Positions 39,224-50,032 are shown, counted from the stretch's first letter. The stretch: 64,000 nt of DNA from Minisyncoccota bacterium (GCA_041688155.1 JBDNIW010000003.1:5555-69554); one strand, 5' to 3'. Numbers and translations: made by a program. The notes: a model not told the origin generated them from the letters alone.

Positions 39224-40777
39224 ATGAGCGAAGACTCACATTTATTGCCCTACGCCAAACGAGCTGACTTCAAAGTCGCTCGGGCCAACGAGCTCACTGG
39301 TCGCGACCGGCGGTTGTATCGTTTCCTCGAAATAGTCCCTGGCCTGGCCGCTTGGGGGACACTGCTTGGAATCGTGTGGGCGTCTATCTACGCATCTTTC
39401 TTCGCGGCTTACTTTATTATTGCGTTTGCGATTTACTGGGTGCTCAAAACTATTTTTCTCTCGTACCACGTTCGGTATAACTGGAAACGCTTGCGTCACC
39501 ATATGGCGCTTGACTGGGGGCAACTGATTGCCAGATTTACGTACGATGAGTATTATCATCTAGTCATCTTCCCATTCTATGAGGAGCCACAAGAAGTGAT
39601 TGATGGTGCTCTCAAAGGTCTGATTGCGGCGAACTACGACCCTAAAAAGTTACTCGTGGTGCTCGCCGCCGAAGGCCGCGCTGGAGCCAACGCACTCAAG
39701 AAAGCGCAGCAAGCCGAGGTCGCCTACGGTGCGCAGTTTGGTAGCTTCCAAGTGACGGTGCACCCGCCAGACGTCGTGGGTGAAATCGCCGGGAAAGGTT
39801 CCAACGTGCACTACGCTTTGCGTGCGGTCCACGAAACAGTTATCGCGCCGAGACAGATTCCCCACAAAAACATCCTTGTTTCTATATTTGACGTTGACAC
39901 TGTCATCTATCCCGACTATTTCAACTGTCTGATCTGGCATTTTATGACTGCCAAGAATCCCTACAAAAGTGCGTTCCAACCGGTGCCGTTGTTTACCAAT
40001 AACCTGTGGGAAGCGTCAGCCATCTCCCGCGTGATGGCGATGTCGAGCACGTTCTGGCAGATGATCATGCAAGAGCGACCGGACAAAGCCGCGACGTTTT
40101 CCTCCCACTCTGTCAGCTACCAAGCGCTCTACGAAATCGGCTACGGCCAAGCCAACGTCGTGAGTGAAGATTCGCGCATCTACTGGAACTTGCTACTGGC
40201 CAACGACGGCTACTTTGATGTTGTGTCACTCTCGTACCCGATTGCAATGGATGCAACGACCGCAGCGTCAACCTGGGGCACAATCAAAAACATCTACAAA
40301 CAACACCGCCGCTGGACCTACGGCGTCGAGAACTGGTGCTACTTGGTGTACCACTTCACTAAACACAAAGGCATACCTCTGCGTCGTCGTTGGAGTATTG
40401 CCTTGCAGCAAGGGGAAGGATACTGGTCACTGGTGACTAACCCCATCATGTTGTTTATCCTTGGGTGGACACCGATTTTCTTGGGGTCACGAGAGTTCCA
40501 CGAAACAGTGTTGTCGTACGAGCTGCCAATCATGGTTCGTAACTTGCTCACGGTCGCGATGGTCGGACTGGTGTTCTCATCAATCATCTCATTGTCGCTA
40601 ACACCGCCACGACCCGAAGGTTACAGTCGGTTCCGCTATATCGTGATGGCTCTGCAGTGGATTATGGTGCCGGTCACCATGATTGTGTTTAGCGCTATCC
40701 CAGGGCTCGATGCGCAGACTCGACTGATGCTTGGTCGGTACATGGGATTCTGGGTCACACCCAAAAGGGTACAATAA
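39224..40777 (+). CDS. processive family-2 glycosyltransferase (cellulose/chitin/PNAG-synthase-like) membrane protein
   Basis: DxD (IFDVDTV), SEDSRIYW (xED), QHRRW (QxxRW), flanking TM helices. Confidence 0.75.
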   Translation: MSEDSHLLPYAKRADFKVARANELTGRDRRLYRFLEIVPGLAAWGTLLGIVWASIYASFFAAYFIIAFAIYWVLKTIFLSYHVRYNWKRLRHHMALDWGQLIARFTYDEYYHLVIFPFYEEPQEVIDGALKGLIAANYDPKKLLVVLAAEGRAGANALKKAQQAEVAYGAQFGSFQVTVHPPDVVGEIAGKGSNVHYALRAVHETVIAPRQIPHKNILVSIFDVDTVIYPDYFNCLIWHFMTAKNPYKSAFQPVPLFTNNLWEASAISRVMAMSSTFWQMIMQERPDKAATFSSHSVSYQALYEIGYGQANVVSEDSRIYWNLLLANDGYFDVVSLSYPIAMDATTAASTWGTIKNIYKQHRRWTYGVENWCYLVYHFTKHKGIPLRRRWSIALQQGEGYWSLVTNPIMLFILGWTPIFLGSREFHETVLSYELPIMVRNLLTVAMVGLVFSSIISLSLTPPRPEGYSRFRYIVMALQWIMVPVTMIVFSAIPGLDAQTRLMLGRYMGFWVTPKRVQ

Positions 40778-40801
40778 TACGTGTTAGTTAATTAGCCACC
40801 T

Positions 40802-41962
40802 ATGCCACAAGAACCACAAATCACAGGAATGTCTTCACGCCGCCGAGCAGTATTTTTTTGGGGGTTGGTACTGATTTTTCTGCTGGTCCTGCCCTCGATG
40901 ATTTTCTATACTACGGGTTATCGACTGAGTTTCGAAGACGACGTGACTTCGGTGGTGACCACTGGTGGTGTGTACGTCTCTACCCAGAGCACCGATGTCG
41001 AAGTGTATCTCGACGAGGAGCAGATTGAGCGACCACGCTTGTTCCGTTCAGCCTACTACATCCAAAACATCGACGCCGGATTACGACGGGTAGTGGTGCA
41101 AGGAGAGGGAATTCAGACTTGGGTCAAGGAACTGTCGGTAGACTCGCACATTGTCACCGAAGCCGCAGCGTTCAACCTACCAACCGTACCGCGGCTGCGC
41201 CCGGTGACGCAGTTCCAAACCGGCGCCGGAACAGCGGTGTTTTTCTCTACTTCAACCGCGGCTCTGTTATTTGCTAACGCCACTGCTACTGAGGCATTTA
41301 TCGTCGCTACCAGCAGTGCAACCTCTAGTTACGTCGAGAACCCAGAGTACGAGTTTGTGGTGAGTTTGTTTGGTACTAGTACGGCGACAACCTCATCGGT
41401 TTTTGCTGATTTTATCCGGGACATGGACCGGTTTCGGTTTATAACTCCTGTTGAAATATCAGCGACAACTTCTACCACGACTCCAGTGATTATCGAGCGC
41501 AACAACATCAGACTAACGACCAAAGGTCTCGAGCTGTACGCTGTGTGGCAAGGTCGAGCGCAAGACGTGCCGTATTACTTTTGTGTGAGCAGCACAACTG
41601 TTTCGAGTACGACCGAGCGCTATGGTGCCCACGTAGCAGAGGCGGTGTTTGCGCAACTAGGCACTACTACAGCTACCTCCACCTTGGTCACCGTCGACAA
41701 CCGGATGTGTCGCACCGAGATTAAACTCGACCGCTTGCGCCAGGATGTGTTTCTATACGATTTTTTCCCCGGCTCGTCTGATCTAGTATTGGTGCATCTA
41801 GAGGATGGTTTGTATGTCACTGAGATTGACGACCGCGCTTGGCAGAACTCGCAGCTGCTGTATCCCGGGACCGACTTTAGAACTATCGTCGAAAACGAAG
41901 TGATTTATATCCAACAAGGCACTCAGTACTTTGCGGTCATTCCTGAAATTGAATCAAACTAA
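40802..41962 (+). CDS. hypothetical membrane-anchored S/T-rich protein
   Basis: N-terminal TM; Thr/Ser-rich middle. Confidence 0.5.
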   Translation: MPQEPQITGMSSRRRAVFFWGLVLIFLLVLPSMIFYTTGYRLSFEDDVTSVVTTGGVYVSTQSTDVEVYLDEEQIERPRLFRSAYYIQNIDAGLRRVVVQGEGIQTWVKELSVDSHIVTEAAAFNLPTVPRLRPVTQFQTGAGTAVFFSTSTAALLFANATATEAFIVATSSATSSYVENPEYEFVVSLFGTSTATTSSVFADFIRDMDRFRFITPVEISATTSTTTPVIIERNNIRLTTKGLELYAVWQGRAQDVPYYFCVSSTTVSSTTERYGAHVAEAVFAQLGTTTATSTLVTVDNRMCRTEIKLDRLRQDVFLYDFFPGSSDLVLVHLEDGLYVTEIDDRAWQNSQLLYPGTDFRTIVENEVIYIQQGTQYFAVIPEIESN

Positions 41963-41985
41963 CCATAGTGCTACACTGACCGTTC

Positions 41986-42708
41986 ATGCCACCAACACCC
42001 GGACACCAACACCCACTGACGCAGATGATTGACGAGATTAACCACATCTTTGCGGCAATTGGCTTTACCTTTGCCGAGGGTCCTGAAGCGGAAACTGAGC
42101 ATTACAACTTTGACCAGCTCAACGTCCCTAAAGACCACCCGTCACGTGACATGCAAGATACGTTTTGGTTCAAAGACGCCGACGTGTCGGAACCAACCGT
42201 CCTGCGCACCCACACCAGCCCAGTGCAAGCGAGATGGATGGAATCGCACGGCGCCCCTTGCAAAATCATCGTGCCCGGCAAAGTGTTCCGTAACGAAACC
42301 ACCGACGCCACCCACGAAGCGCAGTTCTATCAACTCGAAGGGTTACACGTCGACAAGGGTATTCACCTGGGGCATCTCAAAGGCACCCTTGAGTATTTCT
42401 TCTCACACTTTTTCAGTGGCAAAACTGAGGTGCGCTTCCGCCCGAGTTTCTTCCCGTTTGTTGAACCAGGAGTCGAGGTCGACATGCGGTTACTTGCAGG
42501 TGATAGTAAACTAGCGGGGAAGTGGATTGAAGTAATGGGAGCTGGGATGGTTCATCCAAATGTACTCCAGGCGGCCGGTGTCGATCCAGAAGAGTTCTCC
42601 GGCTACGCGTTTGGGATGGGAATCGACCGACTCGGGGTGATGAAATACGGAGTCGAAGACGTACGTGATAATTATTCTGGTGACTTACGGTTCATCAACC
42701 AATTTTAG
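41986..42708 (+). CDS. pheS: phenylalanine-tRNA ligase alpha subunit, N-terminally truncated form
   Basis: Catalytic core only; -10 TGCTACACT 7 nt upstream. Confidence 0.9.
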   Translation: MPPTPGHQHPLTQMIDEINHIFAAIGFTFAEGPEAETEHYNFDQLNVPKDHPSRDMQDTFWFKDADVSEPTVLRTHTSPVQARWMESHGAPCKIIVPGKVFRNETTDATHEAQFYQLEGLHVDKGIHLGHLKGTLEYFFSHFFSGKTEVRFRPSFFPFVEPGVEVDMRLLAGDSKLAGKWIEVMGAGMVHPNVLQAAGVDPEEFSGYAFGMGIDRLGVMKYGVEDVRDNYSGDLRFINQF

Positions 42709-42729
42709 TAGCAGTTCTAATTATATTAT

Positions 42730-44670
42730 ATGAAAGTAAATTACAACTGGCTGAAAGAATACGTGGGAGACGTGCTGCCTAATGCTGCCGAAGTCAATCG
42801 ACTGTTGACCGAGCACGCGTTTGAAATAGATGGAGTAGAGACGGTTGACGGCGAGATTGTTCTTGACGTCGATGTGTTACCCAACCGCTCATCGGACTGT
42901 TTGTGTCATCGGGGGATTGCGAGAGAGCTGGCTTCTATTTTAGATATAGAGCTATCCCATGACCCCTTACAAGCAAAACCACCGCTCACCGAGACAGACA
43001 AAATCACCGTCAACATCGCTGACACCAACGCCTGCCCCCGGTTCACTGCGTCACTCATGACAGGGATTGCAGTCAAAGCATCACCAGACTGGCTCAAAAC
43101 CCGCCTCGCCTCAATCGGGCAGCGCTCAATCAACAACGTCGTCGATGCAACCAATTACGTCATGTATGCCATCGGGCAGCCATTACACGCGTATGACGCC
43201 GATCTATTTCCGCAGGTAGACGGTCAGTGGCAGTTTGGGGTGCGCTATGGAGCAGCGGGTGAAGTAGTCGAAATATTGCCTGAAGGGAAAAATACCGAGC
43301 CTCGTCAAGTCACCTGTGTTGGAACTGAACTACTCATCGTAGATGAGTCGAGCAACACACCAATTGGGCTCGCTGGAGTCAAAGGGGGGCAGTTCGCTGG
43401 AGTACACGCCGGCACCAAGAACATCATCGTCGAAGCGGCTCATTTCCATCCGACTGTCACCCGCAAAACTGCTCGGCGGTTGGGGATTGTCATTGACGCG
43501 AGTAAGCGGTTTGAAAACGAATGCTCTCGTGAACTACCGCCGTACGCTCAGTTCGAGATCATCGAGCTGATCCAGCAGATTGCTGGTGGTGAATATAAAG
43601 GAACGCTCGATGTATACGCAGAGAAAAACCCCAACCCAGTAGTCCAAGTGCGACTCGGTAAAGTAAATGCTCTACTGGGACTAGAACTAACCCAGGACCA
43701 AGTGCAAGCAATCATTATGCGCACAGGTTCCTTGGTTACAGATGATTCCGACTCCGACGTTCTTAGTTGCCTTGGTCCTTTTGAGAGAACTGACCTACTG
43801 ATCGAAGAAGACTTCATCGAAGAAGTCGGTCGTCTATACGGACTGTTAAACATCGTGTCGGTCGCACCAGATATGTCAGTAAACGCGGCAATAAACGCGC
43901 GACAGTTCTATTCTGAAAAAGTTCGACATACCTTGCTAACCTCAGGCTTTAGTGAAGTCATTACCTCGTCATTTCAGAAGAAAGACACAATTCAATTGCA
44001 CAACGCGCTCGCCAGTGACAAGGGTTACGTGCGCAGTAGTCTGGCCCAAAACCTGCACCAGGTATTAGACACCAACTTCTCCCACACCAACTTACTAGGG
44101 ATTCGCTCCGTGCAAGTCTTCGAAATCGGTACAGTGTTTGACAAGACAGCAGACGGCATAAGTGAGCACATATCGCTCGCCATCGGTGTCCGGCAAAAGG
44201 GAAATGGCTACACCCCCAAAGACGACGCCCCACTACAAGTAGCGCTAAACGCCGTAGCAACCAGTCTCAATACTCCAATCGATTGGAGTATTACGCAGGG
44301 AGTGGCCGAGGCAGACCTGTCAGCGGTGATTGCTATGCTGCCAGAGCCAGCGTCATACACGGCCATGGTTGAGCGCACCACTGCAACGTATACACCCGTC
44401 TCACCGTACCCAAGCGTCGCCCGCGACATCGCACTATGGGTGAGTGAAGGGACTAATTCTGATGAAGTAATAAAAGCGCTCCGCGCACCAGCCGGTGACC
44501 TTTGCGTCCGCATCGACCTGTTTGATACATTTGAAAAAAACGGACAAACGTCGCTAGCGTTCCGACTGGTTTTTCAGTCGCAAGTAAAAACTCTTACCGA
44601 TCCTGAGATTGATGCGGTTATGGCAGTAGTGAATACAGCAGTGGTAGAACTGGGTTGGGTAGTGCGCTAA
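42730..44670 (+). CDS. pheT: phenylalanine-tRNA ligase beta subunit (short form lacking EMAP/tRNA-binding domain)
   Basis: MKVNYNWLKEYV..., B3/4, B5 and C-terminal anticodon-binding domains. Confidence 0.9.
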   Translation: MKVNYNWLKEYVGDVLPNAAEVNRLLTEHAFEIDGVETVDGEIVLDVDVLPNRSSDCLCHRGIARELASILDIELSHDPLQAKPPLTETDKITVNIADTNACPRFTASLMTGIAVKASPDWLKTRLASIGQRSINNVVDATNYVMYAIGQPLHAYDADLFPQVDGQWQFGVRYGAAGEVVEILPEGKNTEPRQVTCVGTELLIVDESSNTPIGLAGVKGGQFAGVHAGTKNIIVEAAHFHPTVTRKTARRLGIVIDASKRFENECSRELPPYAQFEIIELIQQIAGGEYKGTLDVYAEKNPNPVVQVRLGKVNALLGLELTQDQVQAIIMRTGSLVTDDSDSDVLSCLGPFERTDLLIEEDFIEEVGRLYGLLNIVSVAPDMSVNAAINARQFYSEKVRHTLLTSGFSEVITSSFQKKDTIQLHNALASDKGYVRSSLAQNLHQVLDTNFSHTNLLGIRSVQVFEIGTVFDKTADGISEHISLAIGVRQKGNGYTPKDDAPLQVALNAVATSLNTPIDWSITQGVAEADLSAVIAMLPEPASYTAMVERTTATYTPVSPYPSVARDIALWVSEGTNSDEVIKALRAPAGDLCVRIDLFDTFEKNGQTSLAFRLVFQSQVKTLTDPEIDAVMAVVNTAVVELGWVVR

Positions 44671-44802
44671 CAAAAAACTGTTGGACATCAGATGTCCAAC
44701 GGTGAGTACTGGTTGAATGGTATAAGGTGACAGTTTTCCACCCAGCACAAGTCGGTTTTAGTGTTATAATAGATGCATTATTTAACTTATTGACTACTCT
44801 GC

Positions 44803-46887
44803 ATGGCTGACAAAAAACCCTTAAAGAAAGAAAAAAGTTACGACGCATCGTCTATTTCGGTCCTTGAAGGACTCGATCCAGTGCGAAAGCGTCCTGGTAT
44901 GTACATCGGGACTACAGGCCTTGATGGATTGCATCACTTGATTACGGAAGTGTTTGACAACTCTCGTGATGAGGCGATGGGTGGGTATGCTGACCGAGTC
45001 GAAATCACGCTACTTCCTGACAATTACATTCGAGTCGTTGATAACGGCCGAGGAATCCCGGTTGATAAACACAAACAAAGTGGGTTGTCGGCTCTGGAAA
45101 CTATCCTCACTATCTTGCACGCTGGTGGAAAGTTTGGTGGTGAAGACTCTGGCTATAAGGTATCAGGTGGACTGCACGGAGTAGGGGTGTCAGTAGTAAA
45201 TGCGCTATCGACTCATCTGGTAGCGGAAATCCACCGGGACGGTGGGTCATACATCCAGGAGTACAACATCGGGGTACCAAAATACAAGGTAAAAAAAGTG
45301 TGCACCAGTTTGGATACCGGCACCGCAATTACCTTCCAAGCTGATCCAAGTATCTTCCCCGAGATAAGGTACGATTATAAGAAAACCGTCAACCACTTGC
45401 GTCAGCAGGCGTACTTGGTAAAAGCCATGCGCGTTACCGTTATTGACGCTCGAGAGATTGACGAGATTCTTGGTAAGAAATATCAATGGACAGGGAAGCG
45501 ATATTTGGCTGATGAGCACCTACCGGTCCCACACGAAACCTTTTACTTTGAGGGTGGTCTACGGTCACTGGTGGCATTCAACAACTCGTATCAAAAACCA
45601 GTCCACAAAAATATTTTCTACGTAGAAAAGCACGATGTGACACCGGAAGTAATGGTGGTGGAAATAGCCTTGCAGTACGTTGACGATATTTCACCTCGTA
45701 TCACCGCGTTTGCGAACAACATCTACAACCCAGAGCACGGAACGCACATCACTGGGTTTAAAACCGCCCTAACTCGAACGCTAAATACCTACGCCAAGAA
45801 AGGGAACTTTTTTAGTGTCAAAGAAAAAGACGCTGGGTTCACTGGGGACGATGTGCTTGAAGGTATCACCGCCGTGGTGTCGGTCAAAATGCCTGAAATC
45901 CAGTTTGAGGGCCAAACCAAAGCCAAACTCGGATCAGTTGAAGCGCGCGGCGCGGTTGAGAGCGTGTTCTCAGAAGCCTTTGCTGCGTACCTTGAGGAAA
46001 ACCCCGACGACGCCAAAGCGATGATCAACAAAGTCATCCTCGCGGTCAAAGCCCGCAAGGCAGCCAAAGCCGCCAAGGATTCAGTGTTGCGCAAAGGTGC
46101 GCTCGAAGGCATGTCACTGCCAGGGAAACTAGCTGACTGTCAGAGCAAACGAGCCGAAGACTCAGAATTATTTATCGTAGAGGGCGACTCAGCGGGAGGG
46201 AGTGCCAAAATGGGCCGCGACCGCAAAACCCAGGCTATCTTGCCGCTGCGCGGCAAGATCCTCAACGTTGAGCGCGCCCGAATCGACAAAATGCTCGCCA
46301 GTGAACAAATCAAAAACCTCGTGATAGCACTGGGGACCGCCATCGGGGACGTGTTTGATATCTCTAAACTGCGCTACCACAAGATTATCATTGCGACTGA
46401 TGCGGACGTCGATGGTTCACACATCCGGACGCTGCTGCTGACCCTATTTTTCCGGTACTTCCGCCCATTGATTGACGAAGGATATGTGTACATCGCGATG
46501 CCACCACTGTATAAATTGAAAAAAGGCAAAGAAGTCAAGTACGCTTATACTGAGGATGAAAAAGCCCAAATCATCACCGCTTGGGGCGGGGATGTGGTCG
46601 ACGTAGACATTGATGTAGAGTCTGAAGACAGGGAAGAGTCAGAAGACACTAGTGCAGCCAAAAAAGGTGTAAAAATCGACCAGCAACGATACAAGGGGCT
46701 AGGAGAAATGAACGCGGATGAGCTCGGTGAAACCACGATGAACATCAACAACCGGATCTTGAAACAAGTCACTATCGAAGACGGGATGGCTGCTGACAAG
46801 GTATTTGATATTCTGATGGGGACGGACGTACCTTCTAGGAAGAGCTTTATTCAAAATAATGCAAGGACCGCCAACCTAGACATCTAA
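44803..46887 (+). CDS. gyrB: DNA gyrase subunit B
   Basis: GHKL ATPase, Toprim EGDSAGG, C-terminal tail with acidic insert. Confidence 0.9.
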   Translation: MADKKPLKKEKSYDASSISVLEGLDPVRKRPGMYIGTTGLDGLHHLITEVFDNSRDEAMGGYADRVEITLLPDNYIRVVDNGRGIPVDKHKQSGLSALETILTILHAGGKFGGEDSGYKVSGGLHGVGVSVVNALSTHLVAEIHRDGGSYIQEYNIGVPKYKVKKVCTSLDTGTAITFQADPSIFPEIRYDYKKTVNHLRQQAYLVKAMRVTVIDAREIDEILGKKYQWTGKRYLADEHLPVPHETFYFEGGLRSLVAFNNSYQKPVHKNIFYVEKHDVTPEVMVVEIALQYVDDISPRITAFANNIYNPEHGTHITGFKTALTRTLNTYAKKGNFFSVKEKDAGFTGDDVLEGITAVVSVKMPEIQFEGQTKAKLGSVEARGAVESVFSEAFAAYLEENPDDAKAMINKVILAVKARKAAKAAKDSVLRKGALEGMSLPGKLADCQSKRAEDSELFIVEGDSAGGSAKMGRDRKTQAILPLRGKILNVERARIDKMLASEQIKNLVIALGTAIGDVFDISKLRYHKIIIATDADVDGSHIRTLLLTLFFRYFRPLIDEGYVYIAMPPLYKLKKGKEVKYAYTEDEKAQIITAWGGDVVDVDIDVESEDREESEDTSAAKKGVKIDQQRYKGLGEMNADELGETTMNINNRILKQVTIEDGMAADKVFDILMGTDVPSRKSFIQNNARTANLDI

Positions 46888-46945
46888 ACAACAATACAAA
46901 ACCGCCACGACGAGTCGCGGCGGTTTCGTATTGTACCAGTCGGTA

Positions 46946-47977
46946 TTAGCGAGCAAACGATACTCGTTGTGAGAATGAGTCGTTGCCACTGTTGCGGTCA
47001 GATGATTCGTCTACCTTGACTACAAACGTGTGTGGGTTGTCACCACCAGCGGGGAAACCGATGGTAAGTACCGCCCGTTCGTTTGGTTTGAGGGCAACTT
47101 GGGTTGGGGAATTGTACATACCACCGTTAGGCAATTCCATAGAAAATGTCCACGTGTTTGATGTTTTGGTACCAAAATTCTTGACGGAGAACTGGATAGC
47201 ACCAGCATTGTCGACACTGACTGGTCCGGATACAAACCGGCTGCCGATGATATCACCCACTGCGATGTAGGCAGTTGCCAAGTCAGTGAACCCATTGGGG
47301 TTTGATGTCGGGATGGCGTAGACGAATTCCTGCTCAAACACTGGAGTAACCGGAGTCGGTGCCGCTGGAGTGACTGCAACCGGGGTTTCGACTACTTCAA
47401 CCACCACCTCTTGAGTAACTGGGTTTACGACAAAACCTTCAATACTATCGTTGACGATAGTCACCACATCTGACCCCATTGTTTGTGGTTTTGTGTCGTT
47501 GGTAGCTAGGAACCCAACTCGAAACGCCACATCGGTAAAGCGGCTTTTTTCGGATTCGATAGCGATAGTCAAATCAGCAACGTCTCCGACGTTATAGTTA
47601 GTATCACAGGCCAGCTGTCGTTCAGTCGTACCGTCTATTTGGTTTATCGCCACACCGTCGAGACAGTCGTAGGTAAATACGTATGAACCACGGGCGTTTT
47701 TGTGGTCCCAATTAATTGTAATTGCTTCACCACTGTTAGCGAGTGAGGTGTTGCTGGTTACAATGATTGGTTGTAGGTTCGCATCTTCGACCATGGTTTC
47801 AGACGCTAGGTTCACCCCTTCAGCTAAAGAAGCGAGGGAAGAGAATGCTCCAGGGAATAATTGAACCAGCTGAATAGACAGCCAAGCGAGTAATAGGACG
47901 ATGCCGACAAATCCAGCAATGGCCAAGGTATTCAAAATTGAACTCTTTTTTTGTGGTGATACGTTATTTGTTTCCAT
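46946..47977 (-). CDS. hypothetical secreted/anchored protein
   Basis: N-terminal TM/signal anchor; beta-rich extracellular; divergent from sortase gene. Confidence 0.55.
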   Translation of the reverse strand: METNNVSPQKKSSILNTLAIAGFVGIVLLLAWLSIQLVQLFPGAFSSLASLAEGVNLASETMVEDANLQPIIVTSNTSLANSGEAITINWDHKNARGSYVFTYDCLDGVAINQIDGTTERQLACDTNYNVGDVADLTIAIESEKSRFTDVAFRVGFLATNDTKPQTMGSDVVTIVNDSIEGFVVNPVTQEVVVEVVETPVAVTPAAPTPVTPVFEQEFVYAIPTSNPNGFTDLATAYIAVGDIIGSRFVSGPVSVDNAGAIQFSVKNFGTKTSNTWTFSMELPNGGMYNSPTQVALKPNERAVLTIGFPAGGDNPHTFVVKVDESSDRNSGNDSFSQRVSFAR

Positions 47978-48007
47978 GATGCTTCTATCATAGCACGAAT
48001 CACATGA

Positions 48008-48775
48008 ATGTCAACAGACACCGCATCGAACCACCCTGTCATACTGCCTGGCCTGAGTGATTCGCTGTTGACAATTGTACCAAACAGTGCTACTGTGTCA
48101 CAACTTATGCAATTATCTGACATCGTTTCTAACGTCTGGGCCAACCGATTGAAGTTTTTTGGTGTCTTCTTCCTGATATTTACCATGCTGTACGGGGTAC
48201 TGTTTGTGATTGATTTCCTGCCTGAGGCGCCAACCCATGCGTCTGTGACCCAAGAGGTAACAGCTGTTGCCGAAGCAGTAGCGGTTGCTTCAGTAGTGAT
48301 CGAAACTCCAGTGGACGCGGTGGATGCCCTGACACCAGATCAACCAATCAGTATCTATATCGAACGCCTCGACAAAACTATCGACGTGCTCAATCCGCAG
48401 TCACGCAGTATCGCTGACCTCGACCACGCCCTGTTGTCAGGGGTTGTGCGCCACCCTGACTCCGCTACTCCTAATATAGACGGGACGGTATTGATTCTCG
48501 GGCACTCTAGCTACCTACCGAACGTACTGAACCGTAACTTCCAAGCCTTTAATGGTATCCAGAACCTGGAGTGGGGCGATATCATTACGTTAACCTCAGA
48601 TGATGTCATCTATACGTACCAAGTAGAGCGAGTATACGAAGCCAAAGCCAGTGAGGTCACCGTCCCGATTGCCGGCGATCGCAAGCTACTCACCATAGCA
48701 ACTTGCGATAGTTTTGGCAGTACTGACGATCGACACATAGTCGAGGCCAAGCAAATCAGCGTAGAAAGGCTGTAA
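48008..48775 (+). CDS. sortase
   Basis: N-terminal TM, His (LILGHSSY), TLxTC (LTIATCDS), downstream Arg. Confidence 0.8.
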   Translation: MSTDTASNHPVILPGLSDSLLTIVPNSATVSQLMQLSDIVSNVWANRLKFFGVFFLIFTMLYGVLFVIDFLPEAPTHASVTQEVTAVAEAVAVASVVIETPVDAVDALTPDQPISIYIERLDKTIDVLNPQSRSIADLDHALLSGVVRHPDSATPNIDGTVLILGHSSYLPNVLNRNFQAFNGIQNLEWGDIITLTSDDVIYTYQVERVYEAKASEVTVPIAGDRKLLTIATCDSFGSTDDRHIVEAKQISVERL

Positions 48776-48819
48776 AGTAAGGCTATATTACAAATCGTAG
48801 TTGAATACAAAAGAAGCAC

Positions 48820-48848
48820 TTGACAAAAGTGTTTTCTTTTGCTATGAT
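48820..48848 (+). promoter_or_regulatory. canonical sigma70 promoter TTGACA-N17-TATGAT
   Basis: -35 at 48820-48825, -10 at 48843-48848, ~110-nt leader to 48964. Confidence 0.55.
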
Positions 48849-48963
48849 TTTGGCAGTTAAGGAAGAGAACAATTCTCGACCTCCAAGCTCGTTCTTCAAG
48901 GAAAGTCCTTACCCGATCCTTGAAACTTTCACACAACACAACAAACCATAGAAAGGTTTTGTC

Positions 48964-49506
48964 ATGCGTATTATCACTTCGCTTATCGTCCTGGTGGCTA
49001 TTGTCGGGCTCGCCGGGTGCGTTTCCTCGGAACAATCCAATACAGCGACCACGTCGTCTTCGGGCGAACGTTGGACTGGCGTAGTTGCCGTTCAGGAAAG
49101 TGCCGAAGTCTGGCGCCTCTACGACAGCACTGCTGGTGATCTCACCAGGTTCGCTCAGCTGCTCGAAGCTGGTCTCGACAACGGGACTGTGCAATCGGCA
49201 ACTGGTCGGTTTGACTTCATTCCGTACGCGGGCGGCCAGCCAGCCGAGGCACCGTTTACGGTCAACCTGCGGGCAGAACACAACGGAACATGGTATTTCC
49301 AGGGTCCGGCTGCTTTCTTCCAGCCCGGTCGAGCAATGTGTGTCCGAGCTGCATCCTGGCCACTGATTGCGACACAGCGTCGCTTTCCAGCCGCTGCTGG
49401 CCCGAACACCAACTGCATCGACTTCGGCCCTCAGGCAGCTTTGCCTGGGTTTGCCAACAGCAACCACAACGCGGCTACCATCGTGATGGTGCAGCCCGCA
49501 GGATAA
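48964..49506 (+). CDS. lipoprotein of unknown function
   Basis: Signal peptide with lipobox LAGC; SD AAAGG 8 nt upstream. Confidence 0.65.
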   Translation: MRIITSLIVLVAIVGLAGCVSSEQSNTATTSSSGERWTGVVAVQESAEVWRLYDSTAGDLTRFAQLLEAGLDNGTVQSATGRFDFIPYAGGQPAEAPFTVNLRAEHNGTWYFQGPAAFFQPGRAMCVRAASWPLIATQRRFPAAAGPNTNCIDFGPQAALPGFANSNHNAATIVMVQPAG

Positions 49507-49516
49507 GGAATCCAAC

Positions 49517-50032
49517 ATGAAACGACGTCACTTTCTTTCGCTGTCTGCAGCAACGCTGTTTGCGTCATCGCTATCCGTGATGGCACAGCAGCGTATCGTT
49601 TTCCCAAACGGGGAAGTGATCGGCGGTCAGCTCCACTGGAGCAACGGCGGCGGTGATCCGCTTCGGTTGAGTATGAGCAACGCTCTGGCTCAGCCGCGAC
49701 TGAATCTGCAACCGGGTCTGCAACAGGCAATCTTGCATAAAATGCGAGAGGCACCGGAAATCATTGATCTTCGGATGTACAACAACCAGGTTCTGCCTGG
49801 CGTCATGATGTCCGGCGATGGCTGGTTGGCGGTTAACCCCGTCATTCAAACCAGTCGTTGGCAGCGGCAAAACTTCGCAGCCAGAAGCTGGTTTCTGACT
49901 TGGCGTGATGCGTCAGGACAGGTGCAGCGTTGGCAGTTTATCATTGCTGACGTTTGTCGAAATCCAATCTTGATTCCGCGTGGCGGTGCACTTCCGTGCA
50001 TTTGCAATCCGGTCTTGGATGCTTGTGTGTGA
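49517..50032 (+). CDS. Tat-signal secreted protein of unknown function
   Basis: MKRRHFLSLSAATLFASSLSVMA-QQ twin-arginine signal; SD AAGGA; 4 C-terminal Cys. Confidence 0.65.
   Translation: MKRRHFLSLSAATLFASSLSVMAQQRIVFPNGEVIGGQLHWSNGGGDPLRLSMSNALAQPRLNLQPGLQQAILHKMREAPEIIDLRMYNNQVLPGVMMSGDGWLAVNPVIQTSRWQRQNFAARSWFLTWRDASGQVQRWQFIIADVCRNPILIPRGGALPCICNPVLDACV

Noticed and set aside
48610-49518. 302-aa minus-strand ORF spanning the end of the sortase gene and the GC-rich insert
   Set aside because: It runs antisense to two plus-strand genes that have SD sites, a lipobox and a Tat signal. Long spurious ORFs are expected in GC-rich DNA.
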